64,000 nt of DNA from assembly GCF_009914755.1 (NCBI RefSeq), contig NC_060936.1; one strand, written 5' to 3'. Both the position numbers and the translations under genes were made by a program. The stretch's first letter is position 1. Every line of letters starts with the position of its first letter. This DNA comes from the human T2T-CHM13v2.0 reference genome, Homo sapiens. The notes beneath the pieces were generated by a model that did not search any database, was not told where the DNA came from, and was given only the letters and a program-made list of their open reading frames with translations. Below, one piece after another: positions 42,623-56,869 of the stretch.

Positions 42623-43661
42623 CCATTGCTGCTTATTGAAAACACACCTGAGCTGCCAGACATGACGGCATTTTTGTTCATTTATTTTTGGCGTTAACTC
42701 CCTTATTCTTTACACTTAACTTTCTTCCTCTCAAACTTTCCACCAAGCTTCCATAATTTCTTTTCTCTTCTTAATCTTCATCCTCATCTTTGAAAGGAAA
42801 AAGCGTCTAGTCATTTTATGTAAACCCTAGTGACAAAGACAGAGCAGACCTGTTGCAGATGTGAAAGCGATAAGTAAGCAGCAATATTCTATCTCATTTT
42901 GAATAAACCAGGTAAATTAAAGGCATTCCAGATAGAAAAACGCAGCAAGAAGTGGCAGGTATTCTGAACACAAGCTGCTTAACAATCCAGCCCTTTCTTA
43001 AGCATAATTTATATTATTTTAAAAATACAAAAATACAATCAACTAGATTAGTATTTAGAAAGTGTGGGATCTGAGTATATGTCTAAAAAGCAAAGAAAAT
43101 GTAAAGAGTATGGTGACCAATTCCATTTCATGAATAATTTATATACAAATATTGGTTCAAAGAAGGCTTATAGGAAGTTCCCTGATAAAAACACTGAAAT
43201 CTACATTCTACCACTGGTGGTAGGGCAGTGTATAATAATAAAGTAATTTATTCGTTAAGCTGATTTACTGATATTCAATTTCTGGTGAGACTGAAAAATA
43301 ATACTGTTTTTGAAACGTGCTTTATAATTTAAAACAAGTTTTCATATACAGTCTCTACCACAACCCCATGAGAGATTATATTAAGCTTATTTTACAAATG
43401 AGGTCATGGAAACTCAGAGAGGTTAACCGGTATCCCCAAGGTACACGCATTAGGAGTAACTGGTGCAGGTAGGATGCAAACCCTGGCTTTGTGTGCTGGG
43501 GCTCAGCACATCTACCTATAGCGCAGTATCCCATTATTACGTCCTTGGTTTTCATTGGTTTCCTTCTAATTACATTTGGAAGAGAACTTAGAAAGTCAAG
43601 TTGTAGATATTTGTGGTCGCTTAATAAATTATTGTGTTAATATTACTTTCTAAGCATTTAT

Positions 43662-45702
43662 ACAGATTGAACATCTCTAATCTGAAATCTAAAATAAAGC
43701 TACATGCATACAAGCCATGTCATCTTTGACAGAGTCAACAAACATACACAATAGGGAAAGGACTCCCTATTCAATAAATGGTGCTGGGATAACTGGCTAG
43801 CTATATGCAGAAGAATGGAACTAGACCCCTACTATTCAACACATACAAAAATTAACTCAAAAGGAATTAAAGATTAAAATGTAAGGCCCCACACTGTAAA
43901 AATGCTGGAAGAAAACTTAGTAAACACCATTCTGGACATTGGCCTTGGGGAATAATTTATGACTAAGTCCTCAAAAGCAATTCCAACAGAAACAAAAAAT
44001 GACAATTGGGAGCTAATTAAACTAAAGAGCTACTACACAGCAAAAGAAACTACTAACAGAGTAAATAGACAACCTACAGAATGGGGGAAAATATTTGTAA
44101 ACTATGCATCCAACAAAGATCTAATATCCAGAATCTATAAGGAACTTAAACAATTCAACAAGCAAAAAATAACCCCATAAACAACAAGTAAGCAAAAGAC
44201 ACAGACATTTCTCAAAAGAAGATATGCAAGGGGCCAAGAAACATATGAAAAATTGCTTAACCTCACTAATCAACAGAGAAATGCAAATCAAAACCACAAT
44301 AAGACACCATCTCATAGGGGTTAGAATGGCTGTCATGTTGGTGGGAGTGTAAATTAGTTCAACCATTGTGGAAGATAGTGTAGCGATTCCTCAAGGATCT
44401 AGAACCAGAAATACCATTTGACCCAGCGATCCCATTACTGGGTATATACACAAAGGATTATAAATCATTCTACTATAAAGACACATTCACACGTATGTTT
44501 ATTGCGGCACTATTCACAATAGCAAAGACTTGGAACCAACCCAAATGTCCATCAGTGATAGACTGGATAAAGAAAATGTGGCACATATACAGCATGGAAT
44601 AATATGCAGCCATAAAAAGGATGAGTTCATGTCCTTTGCAGAGACATGGATGAAGCTGGAAACAATCATTCTCAGTAAACTAACACAACAACAGAAAACC
44701 AAACACCACATGTTCTCACTCATAAGTGGGAGTTGAACAATGAGAACACATGGACACAGGGAGGGAAACATCACACACCAGGGCCTGTTGGGTATTGGGG
44801 GGCTAGGCGAAGGATAGCACTAGGAGAAATACCTAATGTAGGTGAGGGGTTGATGGCTGCAGCAAACCACCATGGCACGTGTATACCTATGTAACAAACT
44901 GCACGTTCTGCACTTGTACCCCAGAACTTAAAGTATAATTTAAAAAAATGTCAAAAAACAACAGATGCTGGTGTGGCTGCAGAGAAAAGGGAATGCATAT
45001 ACACTGTTCAGCCACTGTGGAAAGAAATTTGGGGATTTCTCAAAGAATTCAGAACTACCATTCAACCCAGCAATCCCATTGCTGGGTGTATATCCAAAAT
45101 AAGTCCTTCTACCAAATAAACCCATGCATTTGTACGTTCATCACAGTACTATTCGCAATAGAAAGACATGGAATCGACCTATGTGCCTATCAACAATGGA
45201 CTGAATAAAGACAATGTGATACATATACACCATGGAATACTATGCAGCCACAAAAAAAAACAATAAAATCATGTCTTTCGCAGGAATATGGATGCAGCTG
45301 GAGGCCATCATTGTCAGTGAATTAACACAGGAACAGAAAACCAAATATTGCATGTTCTCACTTACAAGTGGGGACTAAACACTGCATACTCATGGAAATA
45401 AAGATGGCAACAATAGATACCAGGGACAACTAGATAGGAAGCAGGAAGACAGGGTTAAAAAAACTACCTATTGGGTACCATGTTCACTACCTGGGTGATG
45501 GGATCAATCATACCCCAAACCTCAGCATCATACAATATACCCAAGTAATAAACCTTCAAATGTAGCTGCTGAATCAAAAATAATAGTTGAAAGTATATTA
45601 AAAAGAAAAAACCACAAATATTCTAAAATCTGAAAAAAAAAAATGAAATCTGAAACACTTTTGGTCCCAAGCATTTTGGGTAGGAAATATTCAACCCCGT
45701 AG
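43662..45702 (+). mobile_element. Nested cluster: Tigger4a/MER46-like MITE split by an older L1 (L1PB-like, ~43695-45610), itself interrupted by a younger L1PA 3' end (44336-44948)
   Basis: MITE halves cagattgaacatctctaatctgaaa / tctgaaacacttttggtcccaagcatttt...ttcaacc; two distinct L1 3'UTR types in tandem. Confidence 0.8.
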
Positions 45703-47596
45703 TATATTGACTCACCTTCCAGAAAGCACAGATAACCATGAAATAAATTCTGCTTCTCTGATATATATCACTGTGGAAAGTTTCACAGAGTAGAGGGAGC
45801 CTATGGCCTGCAACTTGGAAAATACTCCTTAGAGGCAGTGAATTTAATGTATGGATTAATAGCACAGGTTCTGGAGACAGACCACTCAGGTTGGATCCTG
45901 GCCCTGAAACCTACTAACTCAGAAGTCTTGGGCAAGTCACTTCATCTACTTCAGCCTAAATTTTTACATGTGTCACATGGGAATCATATAGAATCTAGCT
46001 GATGGATTTATAAGGATAAAATAACTCATATAAAATACTAAGTGCTTAGTTAGGCATGGTATGTGAATGAGTATGAATTTCTATTAATACTAAATGCGAG
46101 GGAGTGGGACAGTCTAGATAGAGGAAGGGTCTTATGCAAAGGCAAAGAAATGGGAAAGCTCATAATGTGTTAGGGAGACCAGTTAAGAGATAAGAAATAT
46201 TCCAGGAAAACTGCCTTTGAGAGAGACCCTCCAAATGTTGAGCTAGGGAGGTCAAATGGTAGGTAGTAAGGTACAGTAGGAACAGTTCTACCATCAGAAC
46301 TCCACAGCAAGTTGCTTCTGCTTAGACACATAGCATCATCTCTGTGGAAGTTCTACTCCTTGTCTGTAAGATAAAGAGGGCAAACTAGATAATTTCTATA
46401 AATTCAGTCTGGTTTGACTTACTTACGTAAGTGGTGATGCAACACTGAATGTGTTTCAGCAGAGAAGGAACCTGGTAGTAAAATACCAAGATTAGTATGG
46501 GAAGACAGTTTGGAGCAAAGAGAAAACAGAGACAGACAAAAGATTAGAAGACCACTAGGAATTTGAATATACATTAAATGTTTACATGCAAACTGGAAAC
46601 TAGAAAAGCAGGAACCAGGTCTAGAGTCCAGGGAGTATTCCCTATTGGTAGGGTTAAGTGGATAAGTAACCAAGGCTACGTATTTTAAAAAACAAATCTG
46701 TTCTACTAAAGAAATTCATGGCAAAAAAAAATTAATTGACGGAAAATTTTACCAAAGGCCAACTCATTCTAATGAGCTCTGGTTTGGAGTGCAAGGATGT
46801 CAATACTATGCCAGATTGTAAAATAAAAAACTGCAAAAACAAGTTACTGGATGATGAGCTAACTGTGCTAGGTGGGAACCATTTACTGTCTTCTTTGGAT
46901 GTCTTAATGATTGACCATGTCCAGTGACACTGGAAAAACATCCATGGGAGAACAGCATTTGGAAATGCTGGAGACTTGGCCAACAAGAAGTCTTTGCAAG
47001 CCAAACTGGCACTGGCTGCATACCACACCCTGCAGGTATTTGGACTCAGAAGAAAAATAACTCAAAGTCAGAACACTTAACTTCCTCTCTAGATCACTGA
47101 TCTAAAAACCTTTGGATCTCATGGTTCAAGGGTCACTGAGGTCCCTAAATCTCATGAGATCAGTGGCCACCTTGGACATCTTTGCAAGACCCTTACTTGT
47201 TATGCTGTCTCTCCCAAGTCCAAGGCAGGAATCAAAATTCATTAGTTATCTATGACTCCCTTGACACTTTTACAAAATGCTGTGCCTATGTCAACTTTTC
47301 TGGGGAAAGAGTCTATGATTTTCAGACCTAGCAAAGTTTAATAATCATGGCTGTAGAGGAAAAAAGCTCTACACTTCTATCATCGTTCACTCAGGTACAG
47401 TAGCTTACTATGTTAGTTGTTCAACCTTCAGAAATAACACCCCCCAAAAAAGCTTTTTGCTTCTTTGTTTCTCCTAAAAAATTATCTACCACTAATATTG
47501 ACTAAAAATCTAACCAACCAGGTGTATTACCTATAGTTTTCAAATGTAACTGGACTTTTTTAAAATGGTAACTCAATTAGTGATTAAAAATAAATT

Positions 47597-47886
47597 GGCA
47601 GGGCACAGTGGTTCATACCTGTAATCCTACTGCTTTAAGAAGCCAAGGTGAGAGGATTGCTTAAAGCCAGGAGTTTGAGACCAGACTTGGCAACAAAGTG
47701 AGAGTCCATCTCAAGAAAAAAATTTAAAAAATTAGTCAGGTATGGTGGCAACTACTCTGGAGTCCCAGCTACTAGAGAGGCTGAGGCAGGAGGATCACTT
47801 GAGCCCAGGAGTTTGAGGCTCCAGTGAGCCATGATTGCACCACTGTACCCCAGACTGGGTGATAGACACCCTGTCTCAAAAAAAAA
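47597..47886 (+). mobile_element. AluJ-type SINE
   Basis: gaggatcacttgagcccaggagtttgaggct. Confidence 0.92.
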
Positions 47887-48016
47887 TTAAGATGACAACT
47901 TCAGGAGGCTTTTCAAGGTCATCTTTCCTCAGTAAAGAATATCTAAATAAAGATAGATAACAATTTTTTCTTTCAAATAGAAGAGATTATAAACTACAAT
48001 ATTTAGGGAGTGTATA

Positions 48017-48070
48017 ATACCTCATGATGATGACATACCTTATGATGATGACACACCTTATGATGATGAT
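48017..48070. repeat. 18-bp tandem repeat x3
   Basis: a(t/c)acct(c/t)atgatgatga(c/t). Confidence 0.9.
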
Positions 48071-48365
48071 TCCAATTAAGTAACTAACTGAGCTTCTACA
48101 ATATGATAGCTTCCTAATCACAGTAAGATAAGGTGACTACTATTCAGGAAATAAAATTCAGTAGGTTACAATGATAATTCATTAATTGTAGTTGAAACTT
48201 ACATCTTAAACTACTGGGAAGGCATTATAAATTATGAACTGCATTACTGTGCCTCAATGATAGGTAGTTAAGGGGTCAAACCTCTACTCAACTATTTCCC
48301 AAGTGATGATAATCAGATTACTAAATACCACTAGATCTCAGCTTTCTAACCAATATACTGGGCTA

Positions 48366-48612
<247 letters not shown>

Positions 48613-50586
48613 TTCAATGAGCAGAAGACATATTATCCAAGTAGTTTATTCTATAAAGGAAGAACAATGTTTTCCTAACAATAAGACTCATATGCTTGAT
48701 AATATAGCAATCTATCTAGAGTTTTAATAAATATTATTTCTAATAGTCCTTTTTTTAAAATACAAAATGTCCTAAATTTAGCTTTAAATAGAGAAAGAAT
48801 TTTCTGCTGACCACAGGAGCAGAAATTAAAATGCTAAATATTGCAACCTAATAAAATAAAATTTGAAAACTATCTTTCAAACTATTATTTTTCGAAGGTC
48901 AAACAAAATTATGTGAAATCTTCACTATTAATGATATACCTAGGTCATCTGAAGAAAAGCTTAGAATTCATCCAGAAATGGGGACATTCAGAGACTCCAA
49001 TTCTTCACTTTAATGCAGTGGTAATTCTACTTGAGAACAATAATATTTGAAGAAGAAAAATAATCAGAATTAATCAAAACTGTCTATTCAAAGTGTGAAA
49101 ATGTGTTATCTGAGGATATTTTTATAATCTCTCATTACGATAATCTCCATGAATCATGTATAAATATAGCCAACTTGAAATAAGTGCCTATCACAAGACC
49201 AGGAAGACAATAGATTCCTTTGTTCTAATGCTATCTTACTAATTTGTAGACTGACCTTGAAAAGACAGAGTAATTTCACCTTTACGAGATGGAGATGGGA
49301 CCTTAAGAAACATTTTGAGGAAGACAAGTCATTACCCAATAGAAAGTTAAAGACAAAACATTTTTTCTTTTTAGCAACAAAATCATATTGAGTTAAATTG
49401 CCTCAAATGAAGAAACAAAGTCGTCACAAACAAAGAGAAGAGTAGGGAGAATACACAGAGAAAACTAGTTTGAACTTTTTCAATATCTGGATTTCCTTCC
49501 TATATGAACAATTACAACTACTAAAATCTGCAACCTAACTATCCCATAGATACAAGTTATAAAAGCTTGATTCATCCTCTTCCCAGATACTTGACCCTTT
49601 CTTTAGGTAAGTCTGAGTTTGCCATTTAAAACAAATGTTGCAACATTTTTTTAGAAACAAAGCAAAATGTTCTGTAAATAGATGAACTATTATGCTTAGT
49701 AAACAGGCCAGAAGCATTTCGAATAAAAACCACGGGGACCGTGGGGGCAGTACAAAGTGTTCAAGAAGAAATTAAAAAAAAAATTTGACATTAAAGTCAT
49801 AAATCATGTGCTTCTGTGACATGAGAATCACTTCAAGCAAAAAAACTTCAAGTGTGTGGGCACAGTGCAGGTTGCCACCTAATGCAAAGATGAAACTGGT
49901 AGGGGCTGCAAAGGAATGATTTCCATTGAAGGAATAACTGTGAGCACAGGCAAAAATGGACTGTCAGGCCACTTTCTTTCCCTCACATAAAATGTAGCAA
50001 GGTTATGTCTGCAAAGCAAATTCCTCTCATCCTATATAACCTCCTTCAGTCGAGTTATTATTGAATTATTCCAAGAGGTGCAACCTGAAAAAAACATCAT
50101 TATGGAATAAAATAATTTCAAAGCTGAAAAAGGCCTCCAAGTTTCTCTAATTTAGTAGTTCTTATCTTCTTTGGGGTCTTAGATTTCTCTGAGAAATGAT
50201 AAAAGCTACACACTCTCCTCAGAAATGAACATAAGGCATATGAAGGCAGCACAATTCTGAGCTTCATGTGTAAGCATTTGAAGTTTGTCAGCCCTAGATT
50301 AATAACTATTGATCATGTCCATGTTCCTCATTTGAAAAATTAGGAAATTGAATGCCAGAAAGATTCAGTGATTTGTCCAAGGCCACACAGCCAGGTAATA
50401 GTGGAGCTGGTATTAAAAAAACCTAGTATTCCCGACTTCCTTCAAGATGCTCTGCCCCACCATGTATAGAGAAAGGCTGTGATTATCTACATCCATAAAT
50501 CTCAACAGTCACTCATGTTGCTGTTTGAATAAATGAAATTAGTAAGTTAGGATAGGAACACTCCACTTCTTTTCAAACATTAAAAT

Positions 50587-50618
50587 ACACACACACACAT
50601 GCACACACACACACACAC
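50587..50618. repeat. Interrupted (CA)n microsatellite
   Basis: Direct reading. Confidence 0.9.
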
Positions 50619-51067
50619 TCTATAAACATTATGGCCTAAGCAGTCCTGATACTTCTACATAAATAACTTTTATGTAGATGCTAGTTGGAAACATTAGGGT
50701 TCTCACACCCCATCTCCACAAGTTGAGATTCGGTATAGTGATGCCCTTAGAGCTGTACCTTAAATAAGTCCCTGAGAGACTGTGATCTGCTGGTTCTAAA
50801 GTAGTGACCTACTTTAAACATATTTTGAAGATTTGTATTAATCTGGCATCCTTATAAGTCTATACAACACAGATGATAACTAGTCATAATAGGAATTGAG
50901 ATTAAATAAGAGTCAAGACATTTTGGTTTCTAAACAATGACAGAAGAGACCATCTAGAGCAATTGCTCTTAAGCCTCCTTTCAGAATTTTGTTAAAAATA
51001 TAGATGTTTGGATCCCTTTTTCAGACTTACCAAAGTAGTTTCTTGGTGTAGTCCCAGGCACCTGTAA

Positions 51068-51517
51068 TTTTTATTATTATTATTATACTTTAAGTTCTAG
51101 GGTACATGTGCACAACGTGCAGGTTTGTTACATAGGTATACATGTATCATGTTGCTTTGCTGCACCCATCAGCTCGTCATTTACATTAGGTATTTCTCCA
51201 AACGCTATCCCTCTTCCAGGCCCCCACCCCCCAACAGGCCCCAGTGTGTAATGTTCCCCTCCCTGTGTCCTTGTGTTCTCATTGTTCAACTCCCACTTAT
51301 GAGTGAGAACATGCGGTGTTTGGTTTTCTGTTCTTGTGATATTTTGCTGAGAATAATTGTTTCCAGCTTCATCCATGTCCCTTCAAAGGACATGAACTCA
51401 TCTTTTTTTATGGCTGCATAGTATTCCATGGTGTATATTTGTGAAATTTTCTTTATCCAGTCTTCTATTATTGATGGACATTTGGGTTGGTTCCAAGTCT
51501 TTGCTATTGTGAATAGA
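51068..51517 (-). mobile_element. 5'-truncated L1PA 3' end inserted into a MER5A-like element
   Basis: ttatactttaagttctagggtacatgtgcacaacgtgcagg...; TSD ggcacctgtaatttt (51057-) / ggtacccataatttt (51518-). Confidence 0.93.
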
Positions 51518-51642
51518 GGTACCCATAATTTTCATCAGCATGACAGGTGATTGTGATGCTCACTAAAGTAAAGCACATCATTTCCTCTTCTTCACTCACC
51601 CAGCAAACATTTAATGAACATCATCTACTTTGCTTTCCCCGC

Positions 51643-52351
51643 CCTTCTCATATCACCATTAAAATTCCCAGATGAAAAATTTAGCCAACAACTGACTTAG
51701 ACCATTGGGTATTAAGATAACATACATTAAAAAGTAGTTTTGCACCATTACATCTTCAAGGGTCTATCTTGCTTTGTAGACTTATTTTTTTCCTTCATCT
51801 TGTCTCTAAAAACTTTATCTTCCTTATAGAAAGCTAAGATCATGTGCATGTTTGCTAGACTAGGTCATCTCGCACAAGTTTACTATAACATTTTCTGTAT
51901 GATCCTGCTTGGTCTTGTCAATAGCTTCTAGAATCTGAGAACAATTTATTGATAAATGAATTTAGGCATGGGCGTAAGTAGTCAGATGGGAGCTAAGATA
52001 GTGACTGATCTCATGGTGCTTACTACCATCCTACTTCCAGTAATGCCACCTGACACTCATTTCAGCTCTGAACTGAGGCACTTAGTATGGTTCCTCTTCC
52101 CTAAGTTCACATAATCATAAAATAGTAACAGTGTCTAACACTGTTTACTATGTGCTGTGTGTCAAATATTTACTATGTGCTAGGCACTGTGCTCACTATG
52201 GGCTTAGGCTGCATTATTACAATTTATCCTCAGATCCCGCTGACATATTATCTCTATTTAACAGATGAAGAAACTGAGGCTAGAAGGGGTCAAGTGCCTT
52301 GACTAAGGTCACACAGCCATCACATGTTAAGTCTAGACTAGAATCCAGGTC
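51643..52351 (+). repeat. Local duplication, copy 2
   Basis: About 98% identical to 41485-42177, plus a ~17-bp insertion near 52142-52158. Confidence 0.97.
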
Positions 52352-53601
52352 ATTCACAAAAGTTAGATTTTAAACACATACTGTCCTTTTAGTATTGTTT
52401 CTTGGGTCACAAACTAACAAGCAACTCAAGGAAAAAAAACATGATCTATTTTTAAACAGTATGTTTTTAAAAAAAAAAAAAGTACTCCCCCCTCACCCCC
52501 ATCCCTATACACAATAGCTAACTGGGTATATAGCAGACAACTCTTGCATGGCTTTGCTCACAGTTCCCTCAAGTAAGACATACTGATACATCTGCTGCTG
52601 CTGCATGGAAGAATGCTTTTAAACCTGAACTCTCTGGGTCCTAAGGAATTTGTATAAATTGTGTCTGTGTGTTTCTAATTCTATATTGAGGCTAAGCTAG
52701 CAAGACTTCAACAGTGGCCTTAAACTTCTGTTTTGAAGTTCTATTATAAACCCAAAATAAGACATATACACCAGAAAATATATATCAAGAGGAGGGAAGA
52801 TAAATAGAGCCCCTTCTACTCCTTATCCCAGTACCTCAAAAAATAAACTTTTCATCCTTTTCTCCATATCACAACCCTCATTTCTTACCTATTCTCGCAT
52901 CACCTCCGTTCTCTAGTCAGTATTTAAATAACTAGGAATTTAAAAATTGCTTCTCAAGCTTTGTTCATCCCGAAATCATACATGGTTCAAAAAAGCATGT
53001 AAGATCTCCCCTAGATCGTGACGGTTGGGAAGGATGCATTCCAGATGTGTTATGCCCACTCTGTGGCTTGATCTTGAGAGAAAGCATCTGGAGAAGCATA
53101 GCATGGAGCTGGCAGTGACTTGGGGAAGCAATGCAAATGCTTTCGCTGAGGGAAGAGTTCAATGTGACAAACCAGGGAGATGAGTCCCTTCAACATGTGG
53201 GCAATGAATCACCTCTCTATGTTCCCTGAAGGAGCAAACACCCACTGACATGTGACAGGGTCTTCCTGCTGATTGAATTGGGAGAATAGCCATTTCAGAT
53301 TTCCTTTCGTTAGGCTTTTTAAAGAAGAGTAGGAAGACATGTGAAGGGGAATAGAACATGCTGGGAAACCCACTGGAGAGATTATGGGGAACAAGCTGGG
53401 GCAAGCCCATCAGCACACAGCGAACTCTCCAAGGTCCTTCACTGCCTATGAAGGATGGGGAGAAGACCAGCAAAGAAGCAGTCACAGCAGTGGTGTGCAA
53501 CTAGCCAGTTTTACCAACAAATTATCCATGACCCTAAATATCTCACTACCTGCTTTCTATAAACCCTTTATTGTAACCCAGTGATTACTTTCCCCACTTT
53601 A

Positions 53602-53823
<222 letters not shown>

Positions 53824-56131
53824 CTAAATGAAAACAGAAAAATTGCTTGGTGATCATCAGTTAAGATCTGTAATCATTCAAACTTTTAACATCTAATGCC
53901 TTGATGCACAAAAAGACCAGTCTAATATATGTTATTGGCTTAAATGCAATTAAATATTACGCATTCAAGCTATGCTCACCAAAGTTTTTAAAAGCTTTTA
54001 GTTAAAATCCATTTTGAATTATTCTCTCAATGACAATATTGTTAACTTTTGTTAAAAACTTTCTTCAGCCAATTTCCCAATGGCAATTAGGAATAAACTT
54101 GTAGCAGCATGTTAAAGACTTAGCCCTTAGGGTATCTTCTAAAAACTAGAGAATGCATAAAATGTATACCTTATGGCACCAAAAGAAACATCTTATTTCT
54201 ACTTTAAATGTAGACTGCTTGGCAAGAAGCAGCATAATCCCTGAGCAGTGCTTTAATCCAATAATCTACAATAGCACACCAAGTTAAAGTGAGAGAGATG
54301 TATATTTTTAGACCTAAGAGAATTCCACTGAATTTGTGAGACATCAAAAGAATATTTTGAAACACAGCTTTTTAGCCACTTAAGGAAAATATTTCCTTAG
54401 CCAACAGGAAGGCATTCTTGAACCCTAGCAGAAAGTAATCTGTCTTCTCTCTCTCTCTCTCGAACACACATAACCTACACATCGGCTTGAAAATAACATT
54501 TTCTATTATGTATTATAGTTGCTTTTATGCATGACTTATTTTTCCTTATTACACTGTAGAGTTTCAAGAACTTGTGCAACTGATTTATCTTTGTAGTATC
54601 TTCACAACACATAACACAGTGTCTTGCATATAAAAAGTCCTGAATAAATATTTGCTGGGTCAATCAGTGGTCAAGGTAAAAATATATCCTGATGCTCAAA
54701 TTCAATAACCATTTATTGAATATATATTATGCAACAGGAACAACGCCAGTCACTAGGGTAACAAAGATGTTGAAGATGCCCTTGAAACTCAGAGGCAGGT
54801 AAATAAATAACACTCACATCTTGTGATAAACACTTTCGGAACACAGAAGAGGAAGCAATTAATCAATTAACCTTAAGGGGGAGAACCAGTTGCAGGAAGA
54901 CAGTGCCAAGAAAAGCCAGAAAGAAAATGTGACTGTGGCTGGATTTAGGAGGACAAGGAGGACTTGCAAGGGCTGACAAAGAAAAGATGAACGTTCCAGG
55001 AAAAATAAACAGCATGACAAAACCATGCAGATGTGAAGACATCTTAAAATATGTGCACATTCTTTTATGAGATACCATTCTTCTGTAAAATCTTAAAATT
55101 ACACAAGAGTCCAGATGCACATGGCTAGAAATCTTCTCTATTTACATAGCTAGCCATATTAAAAAGGAACTGGATTATTATTTTCAATTAATATCTGCAT
55201 GCTAACTAGATATTATACTAGAACAAATAATGATTATTATTTGCTAAAATTTCTAAAACTACAATGCTAATTACATGGATATAGTGGTTTGTATTCAAGA
55301 TTGAAATCCTTTTATTCCCTTACCACCATGGTCTATTTTAGCAGTAATCCTGCATAATTTTATTTAAGGCTACTTCTAGCATTGTGGGGTCACACTCTTC
55401 ATAGTATCATCTTTCTTGGACCACAGTGAAGACTAAGTTGTATAAATTATTTCTGTTTGAGGATTCTTCTTTTTGGACAGACAACCCCTACATACAAACT
55501 GTCCCTTAATAACAGTCTTCCTTCACATGTGTAAATATAATTTATTAAAGTCAGCTTTCTTTTATATTGTCATTGCTAAGACGTAACCTCCCTGGAAATA
55601 TATTTCTCTAAACCCCTCTTTCTGATGTGATTTGGGAACTTTCTCTAAGGATCTCTGTAATGGACCAATCTCAGAAATGACCATAATCATATCCTTTGCT
55701 CAAAGAAATGTAATGGCAGAAATTCTGTTACTGGTCTTCGCAATCCTTTACGCCTGGCATTGAATAAATACTAAAGAAACGTTTGTTTTCTCATTCATCT
55801 AACAAGTATTTATTGAGTATCTGGTGTATACCAGGCATTGTCCTAGGTGCTAGGCCTATATAATGAACAAAATTCCTGCCCTCATAAGGCTTAATCAACA
55901 AACATAAGTAACTAGGTTATACAGTATGTCAAAAGGTGTCAAAAGCTATGGGAAAAATAAGATTAGAGCAAGGTAAAGGGGATTGGGATCATAATGTCTA
56001 CTCTGCCTTACTGGTGATCTTGGGTTCAGAGTGACAATCACAGTCATGAGTCACCATGTGTACTGCTTTGCCCAGCACCAAGGCTTTGCCCAGCACCAAG
56101 TGTACTGCTGAGTTTTAAGAAAGGTTAGGTT

Positions 56132-56423
<292 letters not shown>

Positions 56424-56869
56424 GTTAGATAACAAAAGAGTACATACAGCACAAGCAGAGCAGACTCCCAGGCCATCTCTAATATCAGAAAGTCACTGAA
56501 CACTCAAGATACGTGTGGCAATGATAGGTGATGTTGGGTAGGTAGAATCATTCCTTCTGCTTATACCTTGCTAGCTGAGCAGCTTTTTAGGGATATGGCA
56601 TGAACTTCTATTCATTTTCTAGAGCAGCTACCCCCACCAGTACCAGTCTCAACAATAAAATATTAATACATATCAGTGCATGACATATGCTTGTAATAAA
56701 GCACACATCAGTGCCTGCTACCTAGTAACTTCAGCTGAATTCCCTTGGAGGAAGTATAGATGTACACCTAAAAGTTTCTTGAGTCCTTGTTGAAAGAAGA
56801 CTTATAGGGAGGGTCAAATCACCAGGCATCTCTGAGTCTCGAGAAGAGCCATAGAACTAACTGTACTCT

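Noticed and set aside
48017-48070. Repeated ATGATGA resembling snoRNA C boxes or a CRISPR-like array
   Set aside because: Head-to-tail 18-mer with no unique spacers and no convincing terminal stem or D-box arrangement; eukaryotic intron
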